Shown here: in pieces, positions 11,001 to 18,141 of the stretch
Layout: every line of letters starts with the position of its first letter
Position numbering within the stretch: the stretch's first letter is position 1
Assembly: GCA_032117355.1 (NCBI GenBank)
Contig: JAULZL010000038.1
Coordinates: forward strand, 1 to 36,609
Origin: Candidatus Nanopelagicales bacterium
GTDB lineage: Bacteria > Actinomycetota > Actinomycetes > S36-B12
DNA length: 36,609 bases
Reading direction: 5' to 3'
The notes under the pieces: generated by a model
What the model saw: only the letters and a program-made list of their open reading frames with translations
What the model was told of the DNA's origin: nothing
The model's database searches: none
Program-made: the position numbers and the translations under genes

Positions 11001-12783
11001 GCAGGACACCTTCTCGGTGGCGTTGCCTGGTCTCCAGTCGCCGGTCACCCGCTACACGCTCATCTCGATGGCGCTCAACACGGGCAATGCTGGCAACTAC
11101 CAGCGCCTGCGGGACGGGTACGGGTGGTCTGACACGACCATCAATGGGGCGCTCGCCAAGCTCTCGAAAGAGGATTGGGACTATGTGCAGGGGATCTGGG
11201 ACGCGGTGAATTCCCTGTGGCCTGACATCAAGGCGCTCGAGGAACGCACGTCCGGCGTAGCCCCACCGAAGGTTGAGTCGCGTGTGGTGCAGACCCGGTT
11301 CGGCGATTATCGCGGCGGGTACTTCCCGCTGGCCTACGACCCGCGTCTGTCTGGGGTTGGCGACAAGCAGGCCGAGGCTACCGAATCCGTGGCGCAGTTT
11401 ATGTCGAACGGTTACGGGCGGGCGCGGACGGACAAGGGGTACACGAAACAGCGCGTTGAGAATCTGAAGGCGGCGGTGCAGCTCGACTATGAGCAGGTTC
11501 TGACCAGCCACCTGACCAAGGTCATCAAGGACATCTCGCATCGAGAGGCTATCTTCTCGCTGAACAAGCTCTTGAAGGATGACGAGATCAAGGAGGTCAT
11601 GATTGACCGCTTGGGCGAGGCGCGGTATCGAGAGTTTACCAAGTGGATGCAGGTGCTGGTATCTGACCGCGCAGACACGCTGCACTCAGGGAATGTGTTT
11701 TCACGAGCGGTGATGCAGTTCCGCACGAACATGGCAATCGTGACGATGGGCTGGAAAGTCACGACAATGATGGCGCAGTTCGCCGGTATTGGTCCGTCGC
11801 TCGATGTCGTAAAGCCTCGGTTTTTCACCCAAGCGCTGATTGACTACAATCGGTTCGGCCCGTTCTCGACTCATCGAGAGACGCTTGAGCAGTTTGTCTA
11901 CGATCGGTCGGGCGAGATGAAGTTCCGCACCTACAACATCGACCGCGATGTGCGCGACAATCTCCGCAAGTTGCGCGGCGACAACAGTCCTTTGGCGACA
12001 ATTCGCAAGTCGGCGTTCTATCTGACAGCGATGGCTGACCGGCAGGTCACTATCCCGACATGGCTTGGGGCATACCGTCAGGCGCTCGCAGAGGGTCTGA
12101 TGGAGGAGGACGCCATCCGGGCAGGGGACAGGGCGGTGCGGCTCTCGCAGGGCGCAGCGGGCGCTAAAGACCTTTCGGCGGTGCAGCGCGACAACGAGCT
12201 GATGAAGCTTCTGACCATGTACTACACCCCGTTCGCGGTGCTCTATGCCCGGATGCGGGATGTTGGCGCGACGACCCGCAGGGTTAAGGACATGCCGCGA
12301 GCGGTTGCCCGGATGCTGGCGCTGGTCATCATGCCTGCGGTCCTGGGCGAGATTCTGGCGGGGCGCGGCCCGGAGGAGGACGAGGACGAGATCTGGTGGG
12401 CCATCCGCAAGTCATTGCTTTACCCGCTCGCGTCGGTCCCTATCGTCAAGGAGGGTTCTGGCGTGGTAGAGGCCGCCATGATAGGCTTGGCGGGCGAAGG
12501 CGAGATGAAGTTTCAGCCGAGCTGGAGGTTGACCCCGGTGGCGGGATCGCTTGAAAAGCTCGGGCGCACATTTGTCCGGTCTACGGAGGTAATGTCTGGC
12601 GACCGGGAGTTTAATGATGTTGCTTGGGATTTGCTTGAGGGCAGCGGGTATGTCTTTGGGTTGCCGACCCGGCAGGTCAGAATCAGCGGCGAGTACACGC
12701 TTGATGTGCTGAACGACGAGGCGCACCCGGAGAGTCCGCAGCAGTTCATGTACGAGGTTTTGTACGGGCCGCCGAAGGAATAG
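5080..12783 (+). CDS. Giant (2567 aa) internal virion/ejection protein in the T7 gp16 position. It is multidomain ('polyvalent') and carries an HExxH zincin motif.
   Basis: A single uninterrupted ORF with an overlapping start. The motif FIHETGHFYLE places HETGH at nt 9043-9057. The protein has Gly/Ala-rich hydrophobic stretches near the N-terminus and putative TM-like segments near the C-terminus (MLALVIMPAVLGEILAG). Confidence 0.75.
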   Translation: MTDYRRMVEEDNPYLDLMRQEQTGALRSSMYGAAQTEPDVEAELRRLAQKVNVPIETVRADRKEIERQAILGGVDYDNLVKSSPVTAAFLSEQADVARDDVGTLERIERTFIAPTQGWKQASVQDQVSPLNWRAVSGEIMSSSEAAERRKLLDEIGALGRTTERGDNPFAWFLGQTGYTARSLVSSIREGGKGAIVGGATGAGVALALGQAGPQVALPEEMVTVPGAFAFGARAGYITATTVYNYKEETGFAFAEYEGLKDEAGVPLDPAVARGAAAAAGLLNAGLETVGDIALAKMIPGLDRLLGRGSREAVKALLERPTFRNAIAQAGKKWLQSASIEGVTESLQELGVILGRELAQGVSGQEFAADEGNVARVLEAGAAGFAGGAGVGLPGAAISATSNVREVRKANQTAQFMEALGESAKASKLRERLPEQFRDFVAKAREQGPIENVFIPADQFTQYWQSQNVDPAQIATEVGAANYAEAVAIGGDVVIPIENYATRLAATEHHAALIQDTRLFQGDLTMREVQALEADRQRVETEIQAAMETEGTEAEAPSIATIKQDVLGQLLGRFDRATADTYATMYSRAINALAQRSGIDPAALHEQYGLSVVTPLPDILQSRMGIDAALDPLIDRLRTGDIPKQRDIYGKSLTQFLRERGGLQDQGGELGARDAKLWDRENRKVGEKALVSEKGMTFDEAREIALEAGFNVGETEVTFLDAIDREFRGEGVFMPGKERGALADLAEALTQLEEYLGQQGIDITTTDNATIKALIAKASEGMGDVGMQFAQAPDKLSAVHNLTADNLIYADKIGGLAVPSVAVVPQGQAIGGFGEITLLGSKELVDPEAEPVFSADAYSATFPKPEYRKVKIATVREVAEKFRALDVQYNDNVEDLIVDYSANKPDPQRIIDYMLRSRSAMAAYLKSTGESVPAPVMRSVNLRAPFVTNPQVKAFIEQSGYTELLNMSPEESPNLWAQFSNVVMDAASKYATESSPKNSEVADTLKDSIERQFFRDGALTYNGLSMVLTSYRDAERSEVNRQETDDALIDAIGDRKSEFKSWIESEIVSMFGKPRIKIGGKLAPYTLDNIVDAMTGAVKNVEKTVTYGSGKVRAAQSMRFRNLEQMREYAKTSIRSEKEVAKYRKEADDLLGQYRNAVAEYSKHGDTWDALDESMEAIAKGGTTKESIRKALAKNFKVGSIPDDVIDLAVRAARSLLLAPVPYFEAKPQRAVALNEFSGAVVPSGTSKAAIDVLEKSGIQWTYYDSQSEGSREAAIADLQGQLPATLFQAVSPEDKRGFIQFGTDRKVRIGLLEKADLSTFIHETGHFYLEVLLDLAERADASPQIKADAETLMKWFKVKNRSEIGVAQHEIFARGNEAYLMEGNAPSAALRGIFQRARAWMTLIYRTLSRLDVTLNDEVRGVFDRIYATDQEIEAANTELDLKDLFSTAEDAGMTEAEFAAYKKTAEGANERAKEKLQAQLLREYSREREKWWKGERAKMLEKVTAEVDASPAYRAAAILTEGVTPDGIAIKLSRQALESRFGAEFLKRLPKALRKVYTKEGGTTVDVAAEVLGFESGEALMEALVNLRPRKQLIEAEVANRMATEFGDMRMDGTIGDEAMLAVHNSERATVIAAELKAIRRLQRQVRPVVAGIRRAEAAERRAGLDMVASAIEDPDAFKRAAAGRIGQMMARDISPGKYLLAERRASKAAFDAIKRKDYAAAATEKQRELMNHYMYVEAMKAQRQLDTIYSYAGKFDKKATRERLAKAGGGYLDQIDAILEKYEFRQVPLRVLARRQSLVDFAEQQAALGLIVNVPDQLLDEARLVNYKNASVDELRAVYDTVRNIEHIAKLKDKLLRKQAAVEFQDTKDELIKSATESDRLASTGELAIPNTVGEPLLARGAKAWRRFDAAILKVEQMIEWLDNGKINGPWARFVFDLANDAQVKEYELHAQVTKRIQDLTESQPKGWGDTLQDTFSVALPGLQSPVTRYTLISMALNTGNAGNYQRLRDGYGWSDTTINGALAKLSKEDWDYVQGIWDAVNSLWPDIKALEERTSGVAPPKVESRVVQTRFGDYRGGYFPLAYDPRLSGVGDKQAEATESVAQFMSNGYGRARTDKGYTKQRVENLKAAVQLDYEQVLTSHLTKVIKDISHREAIFSLNKLLKDDEIKEVMIDRLGEARYREFTKWMQVLVSDRADTLHSGNVFSRAVMQFRTNMAIVTMGWKVTTMMAQFAGIGPSLDVVKPRFFTQALIDYNRFGPFSTHRETLEQFVYDRSGEMKFRTYNIDRDVRDNLRKLRGDNSPLATIRKSAFYLTAMADRQVTIPTWLGAYRQALAEGLMEEDAIRAGDRAVRLSQGAAGAKDLSAVQRDNELMKLLTMYYTPFAVLYARMRDVGATTRRVKDMPRAVARMLALVIMPAVLGEILAGRGPEEDEDEIWWAIRKSLLYPLASVPIVKEGSGVVEAAMIGLAGEGEMKFQPSWRLTPVAGSLEKLGRTFVRSTEVMSGDREFNDVAWDLLEGSGYVFGLPTRQVRISGEYTLDVLNDEAHPESPQQFMYEVLYGPPKE

Positions 12784-12785
12784 GT

Positions 12786-14453
12786 ATGACAGTCTCATCG
12801 ACAACCAGCAAGGTCAGTTATACCGGCAACGGGTCGACCACCGCCTTTGCGGTGCCGTTCTACTTCCTCGAGGCGGCTGACCTGCAGGTTATCCTGCGCT
12901 CTGGCACGACCGAGACCATCCAGGCGCTGACCACCAACTACACGGTGGCGGGTGCCGGGGTGTCCTCTGGCGGCACGGTGACGATGCTTACGGCCCCTGC
13001 TGCGGCGGTGACGGTCACGATCCGGCGCAACATCGAGGCAACGCAGGAGACCGACCTGCTGCCGAACGACCGGCTCCCGGCTGAGTCGCTCGAGACCGCG
13101 CTCGACAAGGCGACCATGCTCGCGCAGCAGCTCGGCGAGGAGTCTGCGCGATCGATCAAGTTCCCTGCATCTGATGCGGTGATGTCCTCGCAGGTTCCTG
13201 CGGCCAGTGCTCGGGCGAGCAAGTTCCTCTCCTTCGACGCGAACGGTCTGCCGGTGGCGACGGTTGGGGTAGATGCCACGACGGACATCTTTACGCAGTC
13301 CGGGTCAGGCGCGGTGCCGCGCTCGGTGAACAGCAAGCTGGGCGACATGATCAGCGTCAAGGACTTCGGCGCTGTAGGCGATGACTTGACGGATGATACG
13401 GCTGCAATTCAAGCAGCGTTGGATGCTTCATCTGGTGTGTTTTTCCCGTCTGGAAGTTACAAGATCACATCGGCTTTGCAGATGAACGACTACAACTTTG
13501 TTATGGGTTCAAGTCGAAGCAGCATCATTCGGTCCACTCACAACGGCGCAATCTTCAAAGGCAAGGGCGTGACTCCTGCGTCTGGAACGAATGTGCGCCG
13601 ATTCAGCGGCGGTGGGTGCAATCTGTGGCTGGAGGGGCCTGCCCTAAAGGGGGTTGGTTTTACGGCGTCGATTGCGCTCGACATGCGCGGATGCACGATG
13701 TTCAAGTGGAGCAACATCCTCATTCGGAACATCTACGACGGAGTTGCCCTTGGCGACAACTACAGCTCGTACTACAACGAGTTTTTTGGTGTTGATGTTC
13801 TTGGGGTGCATTACGGTTATTATTCGGATGCGCTCGGCAACGAGAACACCGTGTTTGGCGGCAGGATCAACGATTGCGAGATTGGAACGAGAGATAGCGA
13901 CAATACGCACAACAAATATATCGGATTAGCCATTGAGGTGTTTGCACAATACGCGCATCTAACTGCAGCTCCTGCCACGCAAAACATTCATTTTATTACG
14001 AGTCGAATCGAAAACGCATTAGGCTCAACGGCTACCGGTATCAAGATTGATTCATCTTCCCAAGACTCGCTAATTATTCAGCCACACTTTCAAGGTTTGT
14101 TTGGAACGGGCGTTGAGATCGATGGCGCTGGAGTGCGGGGCAACATTTTTTCATCTGAAAATCTTACGATTGCCAGCGGCACTGCAATTAAGTTTCATCA
14201 GCATGTAACAACTACGCTAGACATTGGAAGCGTGTCGGCCAACTCTACGGTCGATACTCTGGTTTCAATTTCTGGCGTTGTTAAAGCAACGGATACGGTA
14301 ATTGTAAGCGTTGACAGCGGCCTTCCTGCCGGGCTGGTAATTTCGGCTCTTGCTGAAACTGACGGGGTTTACATACGGATCGGAAATCTCACTGCCGCGC
14401 CAATTAATCCACCGTCGCTGGTGTACCAAATCGACGTTTGGCGGCACGTTTAG
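12786..14453 (+). CDS. Tailspike or tail fibre: conserved N-terminal virion-anchor domain plus a pectate-lyase-like beta-helix (putative depolymerase)
   Basis: The N-terminus reads SKVSYTGNGSTTAFAVPFYF..NYTV. This is followed by ISVKDFGAVGDDLTDDTAAIQAALDAS..FFPSGSYKI, which is typical of the Pectate_lyase_3 / P22-tailspike-like fold. Confidence 0.75.
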   Translation: MTVSSTTSKVSYTGNGSTTAFAVPFYFLEAADLQVILRSGTTETIQALTTNYTVAGAGVSSGGTVTMLTAPAAAVTVTIRRNIEATQETDLLPNDRLPAESLETALDKATMLAQQLGEESARSIKFPASDAVMSSQVPAASARASKFLSFDANGLPVATVGVDATTDIFTQSGSGAVPRSVNSKLGDMISVKDFGAVGDDLTDDTAAIQAALDASSGVFFPSGSYKITSALQMNDYNFVMGSSRSSIIRSTHNGAIFKGKGVTPASGTNVRRFSGGGCNLWLEGPALKGVGFTASIALDMRGCTMFKWSNILIRNIYDGVALGDNYSSYYNEFFGVDVLGVHYGYYSDALGNENTVFGGRINDCEIGTRDSDNTHNKYIGLAIEVFAQYAHLTAAPATQNIHFITSRIENALGSTATGIKIDSSSQDSLIIQPHFQGLFGTGVEIDGAGVRGNIFSSENLTIASGTAIKFHQHVTTTLDIGSVSANSTVDTLVSISGVVKATDTVIVSVDSGLPAGLVISALAETDGVYIRIGNLTAAPINPPSLVYQIDVWRHV

Positions 14454-14462
14454 GAGTAACTC

Positions 14463-15074
14463 ATGGCTGACAAGAAAATCTCCCAGCTCACCGCAGCGTC
14501 TACTCCTTTGTCCGGGAGTGAAACGCTGCCCATCGTCCAAAGCGGCAGCACGGTCAAGGCTCTGGTCAGCGATTTGACCGCAGGCCGTCAGGTCTCTGTA
14601 GGCAAGGTGCTTGTGACAGGTGGAGATGCCACCGGCTCTGGGATGTATCTCCCATCTGCTGGGCAGATTGGATGGAGCGTCAGCGGAACGTTAAAGATGT
14701 TCCTCGACTCGTCTGGCCTGTCCGTCCAGGATGCGGCAACGCCGACCCTCCGGTTAATGGTCGGGGCTTCCGAGCGGGCGTTCTTGAAATACACGGAGTC
14801 CACATTCACAACCAGGCTTGATTCTGACGGGCCTGTTGAGCTGGCGGCTAACAATGCTGTCGGCGTGACCATCAGTGTCAATCGCAACGTGAGCGCAGGC
14901 GTTCCCAGTCTTGCCACGTCCGCGACGGACGGATTCTTGTATGTCCCGACCTGCGCCGGTACGCCTACGGGTACGCCGACCGCCATCACGGGGATGGCAC
15001 CCATCGTCGTGGATACGACCAACAACAAGTTGTATTTCTACAGCACCGGCGTTTGGCGCGATGCTGGGCCGTAA
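14463..15074 (+). CDS. Tail fibre-like protein (203 aa)
   Basis: The N-terminal motif MADKKISQLTAA..ETLPIVQSGSTVKA is shared with the 25321-26013 product. It lies directly after the tailspike gene. Confidence 0.55.
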   Translation: MADKKISQLTAASTPLSGSETLPIVQSGSTVKALVSDLTAGRQVSVGKVLVTGGDATGSGMYLPSAGQIGWSVSGTLKMFLDSSGLSVQDAATPTLRLMVGASERAFLKYTESTFTTRLDSDGPVELAANNAVGVTISVNRNVSAGVPSLATSATDGFLYVPTCAGTPTGTPTAITGMAPIVVDTTNNKLYFYSTGVWRDAGP

Positions 15075-15075
15075 G

Positions 15076-15360
15076 TCAGACGAGCCCCTCCGACCGTAAC
15101 TGCGCGATGGTGCGGACCATGCCCTCGAGGTGGGCGAGGCGCACATAGTCGCGCTCGAGGTCGGGGTGGGAGCGGCGATCGATGGCGTCGTGACAGGTCG
15201 AGCACGCCCAGGCTCCAAGCAGATCGTCGGCCTTGAGCCCCATGCCGGAGATCCCCGCCATGCGGATATGCGCCAGGACGACCGTCTCGGAGTTGTGGTT
15301 GCAGACGCCGGGGAGCCTGACGGTGCAGCCCCGGCCTCGTGCCTGCTTGCGTAGGTTCAT
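15076..15360 (-). CDS. DUF1364 / YbcO-like putative nuclease
   Basis: The pattern RKQARGRGCTVRLPGVCNHNSETVVLAHIR...ACSTCHDAIDRR matches the pattern I recall for lambdoid YbcO-family proteins. Confidence 0.65.
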   Translation of the reverse strand: MNLRKQARGRGCTVRLPGVCNHNSETVVLAHIRMAGISGMGLKADDLLGAWACSTCHDAIDRRSHPDLERDYVRLAHLEGMVRTIAQLRSEGLV

Positions 15361-15566
15361 ACGAGCTCGAGCTGCCCGACGAGCCGGTACCGGGCATAAC
15401 GCTTCCCGTTATGCTCCTCCGTCACGGTCTGGACATCGAGGCCGGTGGCGCGAAGGTCAGCGACCCGAGCGGCGAGTCGGAAGCAGCCGTAGCGGTCAAG
15501 GGCTTCGAGCGGAGTGATATCGCGGCCCGATACTAGGTGGGCGCGGATTTGTTCGGTCTGCGTCAT
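15357..15566 (-). CDS. Small winged-helix/HTH DNA-binding protein
   Basis: 69 aa. The pattern QIRAHLVSGRDITPLEALDRYGCFRLAARVADLR..G is typical of short phage wHTH proteins. ATGA coupling. Confidence 0.5.
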   Translation of the reverse strand: MTQTEQIRAHLVSGRDITPLEALDRYGCFRLAARVADLRATGLDVQTVTEEHNGKRYARYRLVGQLELV

Positions 15567-15976
15567 GGTGTGTCTCCGTAGGTGGGTTCGGGTATCACGA
15601 TGCCGAGCTCTGCGGCGCGGCGGGATAGGAACTCGAGGTAGTCGCTGAAGTCCTGCTTGTTGAGCTGGGACGAGCGTCGGATCGGCTTGTGGATGGTTTT
15701 GCCGCCAAGCGTGAGGGTTTCAAAGCCTGCCCATTCTCCAATCATGAACTCGTGCAGGTCGTTTTTTTCCCAGCCTTGCAGAGCTTCCCCGGCTCCCTCA
15801 ATGAAGGACGGGTATACGACTCCAAAAAGGAAAGCGTTCTGGGCCAACGACCGGCGCGGCTTGAACTCCTCGAGCGTGACCTTCCAGCTCTTGCCGGGGT
15901 CCAGCCACCGCACCATGACCGAGATCGCCGTAGCGATCTGGTCAGGGGTGGTGCCTCTGGGGAAGATGCGGTTCAT
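15563..15976 (-). CDS. ninB: NinB/Orf-family recombination mediator
   Basis: 137 aa with the RSLAQNAFLFGVVY motif (the SxxQN signature of NinB). It sits inside a recombination operon. Confidence 0.7.
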   Translation of the reverse strand: MNRIFPRGTTPDQIATAISVMVRWLDPGKSWKVTLEEFKPRRSLAQNAFLFGVVYPSFIEGAGEALQGWEKNDLHEFMIGEWAGFETLTLGGKTIHKPIRRSSQLNKQDFSDYLEFLSRRAAELGIVIPEPTYGDTP

Positions 15977-16239
15977 CAGAAGGGAATCTCGTCGTCGATA
16001 AACTCCTCGGGCTTCTGCTCGGCGAGGGTCTTCGGGCGCTGCTGCTCCTTTGGTTTCACGGCGAGGCTGAAGAACTTCTGGCCGGGGTTCTTGCTGTTCT
16101 CCCCGGCGGTCTTGATCCAGCCCGAAAGCCAGAACTCGGTGCCGTTGATGTTCATGTCCCCGGTAAAGTCGGGGTGCGTCTCCTTCTCCTTGCGCTCGTT
16201 GCGACGAAGGGTTCCGGTGTTGGTACGGTCAAAGGGCAT
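15976..16239 (-). CDS. 87-aa protein with an SSB-type acidic C-terminal tip (..EEFIDDEIPF), possibly a minimal ssDNA-binding protein
   Basis: The C-terminus DDEIPF resembles the bacterial SSB tip (DDDIPF). It lies between NinB and the exonuclease. Confidence 0.5.
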   Translation of the reverse strand: MPFDRTNTGTLRRNERKEKETHPDFTGDMNINGTEFWLSGWIKTAGENSKNPGQKFFSLAVKPKEQQRPKTLAEQKPEEFIDDEIPF

Positions 16240-16242
16240 GGA

Positions 16243-16461
16243 TTACTCCTGGTTGATGGAAACGGGACGACCGACGAGACGGAATGCGTCATCGTCCGAG
16301 GCGAAGGCCACGATCGTGTCGAGCACGGCCTGTGCCTTGTTGATGTCGAAGTAGGGTGGGAGGTCGAACCCGGTGGTGCGGATGACCCCGGCAGGGACAT
16401 CCTCCCAGCCGGTCGGCATCTCCCACTGGATGAAGTACCCGGTGACAAGGTTGGACATCAC
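16243..16461 (-). CDS. Hypothetical protein (72 aa)
   Basis: Tightly packed in the leftward operon, with a start overlapping the upstream stop. Normal amino-acid composition. Confidence 0.5.
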   Translation of the reverse strand: MMSNLVTGYFIQWEMPTGWEDVPAGVIRTTGFDLPPYFDINKAQAVLDTIVAFASDDDAFRLVGRPVSINQE

Positions 16462-17090
16462 AAGCGCAGCTCCCGCAGGTGCTCGACCCGATCCCGCAAC
16501 TCGACCACGAACCGGCCTACCTCGGCAACGATCTGCTCGATAACCTCCTCGTCACGCGGCACCCGGATGACGAGCAGTTGCAGGTGCTCCGGCAGGCGGG
16601 GGTCGTAGGCTACGAAGTCGCACCAGTTGCGACCTGTGCATGCAAGTTCCCACTGAATCTGCAGCAGGTACTTCCGGGGGACGGAGCGGTCCTCGATGTA
16701 CTCGAGCATCGTGGCCGTGTTCGGACACTTGATCTCGATGCACCCGTCCTCCCCGACCAGCCCGTCGGGAGAGGCACCGGCCTCAAGGATGGGGTGGCGC
16801 ACGAAGTCCACCTCATCCACGAGGACGCCTGTACGGGCTTCGTAGGCGGCGCGGGCGGCACCCTCCTGCTCAATACCCCACTCCATCGCGGCGCTCTGGT
16901 ATCCCTCCGTAGGCTGTCTTGTGAGGCGTTCCGTCACGAGTTGCGCCATGTACCCGCTGCGGGAGGCGGCTGTGCCGGTCTTGACCTTCGCCATGACATC
17001 GGCAATCCGGCTGGCGGTCACGAGCCCGAGCCGCTTGGCGAACCATTCGGGGGTGCGCTGGACGGCGTACTGTGCGGTTTCCTCGGTCAT
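16458..17090 (-). CDS. YqaJ-like (lambda Exo-type) recombination exonuclease
   Basis: 210 aa with QRTPEWFAKRLGLVTASRIADVM..., ...SPDGLVGEDGCIEIKCP and ...YLLQIQWELACTG. These are typical YqaJ / PD-(D/E)XK viral recombinase motifs. Confidence 0.8.
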   Translation of the reverse strand: MTEETAQYAVQRTPEWFAKRLGLVTASRIADVMAKVKTGTAASRSGYMAQLVTERLTRQPTEGYQSAAMEWGIEQEGAARAAYEARTGVLVDEVDFVRHPILEAGASPDGLVGEDGCIEIKCPNTATMLEYIEDRSVPRKYLLQIQWELACTGRNWCDFVAYDPRLPEHLQLLVIRVPRDEEVIEQIVAEVGRFVVELRDRVEHLRELRL

Positions 17091-17290
17091 AAAATTTCCC
17101 CCTGCGGTTGATTTACTTTAGGCCTGAACAGGTCGCAAGCATCATGTTCGAAAACCTGTCCGATGCCGACTTTCAAATATGGCGGGAAGTTGAAGGTGCA
17201 ATATCCCCATCCGTGTTTTCTGCGTTTGTCGTTAGAGCTTTTGAAAAAACAGCAACTGCCGCAACGCCAATCGAAGCTGCGATGTTCCAT
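17087..17290 (-). CDS. Cys-rich miniprotein (67 aa), putative zinc ribbon
   Basis: Cysteine pattern CGSCC...GYC...HDACDLFRP. It sits in a locally lower-GC patch and is coupled to erf and the exonuclease gene. Confidence 0.5.
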   Translation of the reverse strand: MEHRSFDWRCGSCCFFKSSNDKRRKHGWGYCTFNFPPYLKVGIGQVFEHDACDLFRPKVNQPQGEIL

Positions 17291-17838
17291 CAGCCGAGCT
17301 CCTTCTTGCGGGCGGCGAAGATGCCGGAGGACGCCTGACGCTGCGCCTCGGTGAGACCCTTGAACAAGGCGGTCAGGTCAGCGAGGGTCTGGCACTCGGT
17401 TACCTTCTTGGCAAGGTCGGGGTCGGGCTTGACCTCGGGCTTGCCACGGGCCTGCGCTGCCTCGGCGTCGTCATCGATCTGGGCGAGGCCGACGATGGCG
17501 GCGAGAGCGTAGCGACGGGCGTAGGTGATGCCCGAACCCTGCCCCTGCGGGCCTGCGTCCTTGGACAGGATGGGCAGGTACCCGCGAATCCATTCCCCGG
17601 ACGAGTGCGCGAGGGTGGTGACGAGCACCGCCCCGGTCTCGCCGATCTCGGTCGTCTGGATGACGGCGAGGTTGTTGGCGGTGAGTTGCGACCGGCAAGC
17701 GTCCCAGCAGGACGCGAGGTCGGCGTACTTGGATTTGAAGAACGGGTTGGCCGAGTCCTTCAAGGCTCCGGTAATGTCGGCCTGCGCCTTGGACAGAGCA
17801 GCGGCGAGGGCGGCGATAGATTCAGACTGGTTCATCAT
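17290..17838 (-). CDS. erf: ERF-family single-strand annealing protein
   Basis: Contains NPFFKSKYADLASCWDACRSQLTANNLAVIQ and GITYARRYALAAIVG, which fit the P22 Erf family pattern. The leader is ACACACAGGAAACAC followed by ATGATG. Confidence 0.75.
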   Translation of the reverse strand: MMNQSESIAALAAALSKAQADITGALKDSANPFFKSKYADLASCWDACRSQLTANNLAVIQTTEIGETGAVLVTTLAHSSGEWIRGYLPILSKDAGPQGQGSGITYARRYALAAIVGLAQIDDDAEAAQARGKPEVKPDPDLAKKVTECQTLADLTALFKGLTEAQRQASSGIFAARKKELG

Positions 17839-17953
17839 GTGTTTCCTGTGTGTACTTCGAGAGGGCTTGGTTGCAGGCGTCGATTCGCTCCTGTTCCTCG
17901 AGCTCCTGCATGAGTTGGTCTTGGTGGTACCACCACTGGTCGCAGTCCTCCAT
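17822..17953 (-). CDS. Hypothetical acidic miniprotein (43 aa)
   Basis: MEDCDQWWYHQDQLMQELEEQ... The ATG overlaps the upstream stop by 1 nt. The ORF is short, so support is weak. Confidence 0.3.
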   Translation of the reverse strand: MEDCDQWWYHQDQLMQELEEQERIDACNQALSKYTQETHDEPV

Positions 17954-18141
17954 CACACCCACCAGCGGCTGTGGTGGTGGGGCTGGTAGACGCGGGCTCT
18001 CCAGGCGGGGTGCGGCAGGCGCTTGCGCCGATCGCGCTGGTGCGGGAAGGGTCGGGTCCACATCCAGTAGGCCGACCAGCCCAGCACGATCGCCGCGAGT
18101 ACGGTAGCGGTGCCGACGATCAACAGCTCGAGGGCGTTCAT
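17953..18141 (-). CDS. Small membrane protein (62 aa)
   Basis: N-terminal TM helix LELLIVGTATVLAAIVLGWSAYWMW followed by a basic tail. ATGA overlap with the upstream gene. Confidence 0.4.
   Translation of the reverse strand: MNALELLIVGTATVLAAIVLGWSAYWMWTRPFPHQRDRRKRLPHPAWRARVYQPHHHSRWWV

Noticed and set aside
12786-15074. A diversity-generating retroelement, expected by analogy with BPP-1-like phages (variable repeat at a fibre 3' end plus a template repeat and reverse transcriptase).
   Set aside because: No ORF in any frame shows reverse-transcriptase motifs. I found no pair of near-identical 100-150-bp repeats next to the fibre genes.
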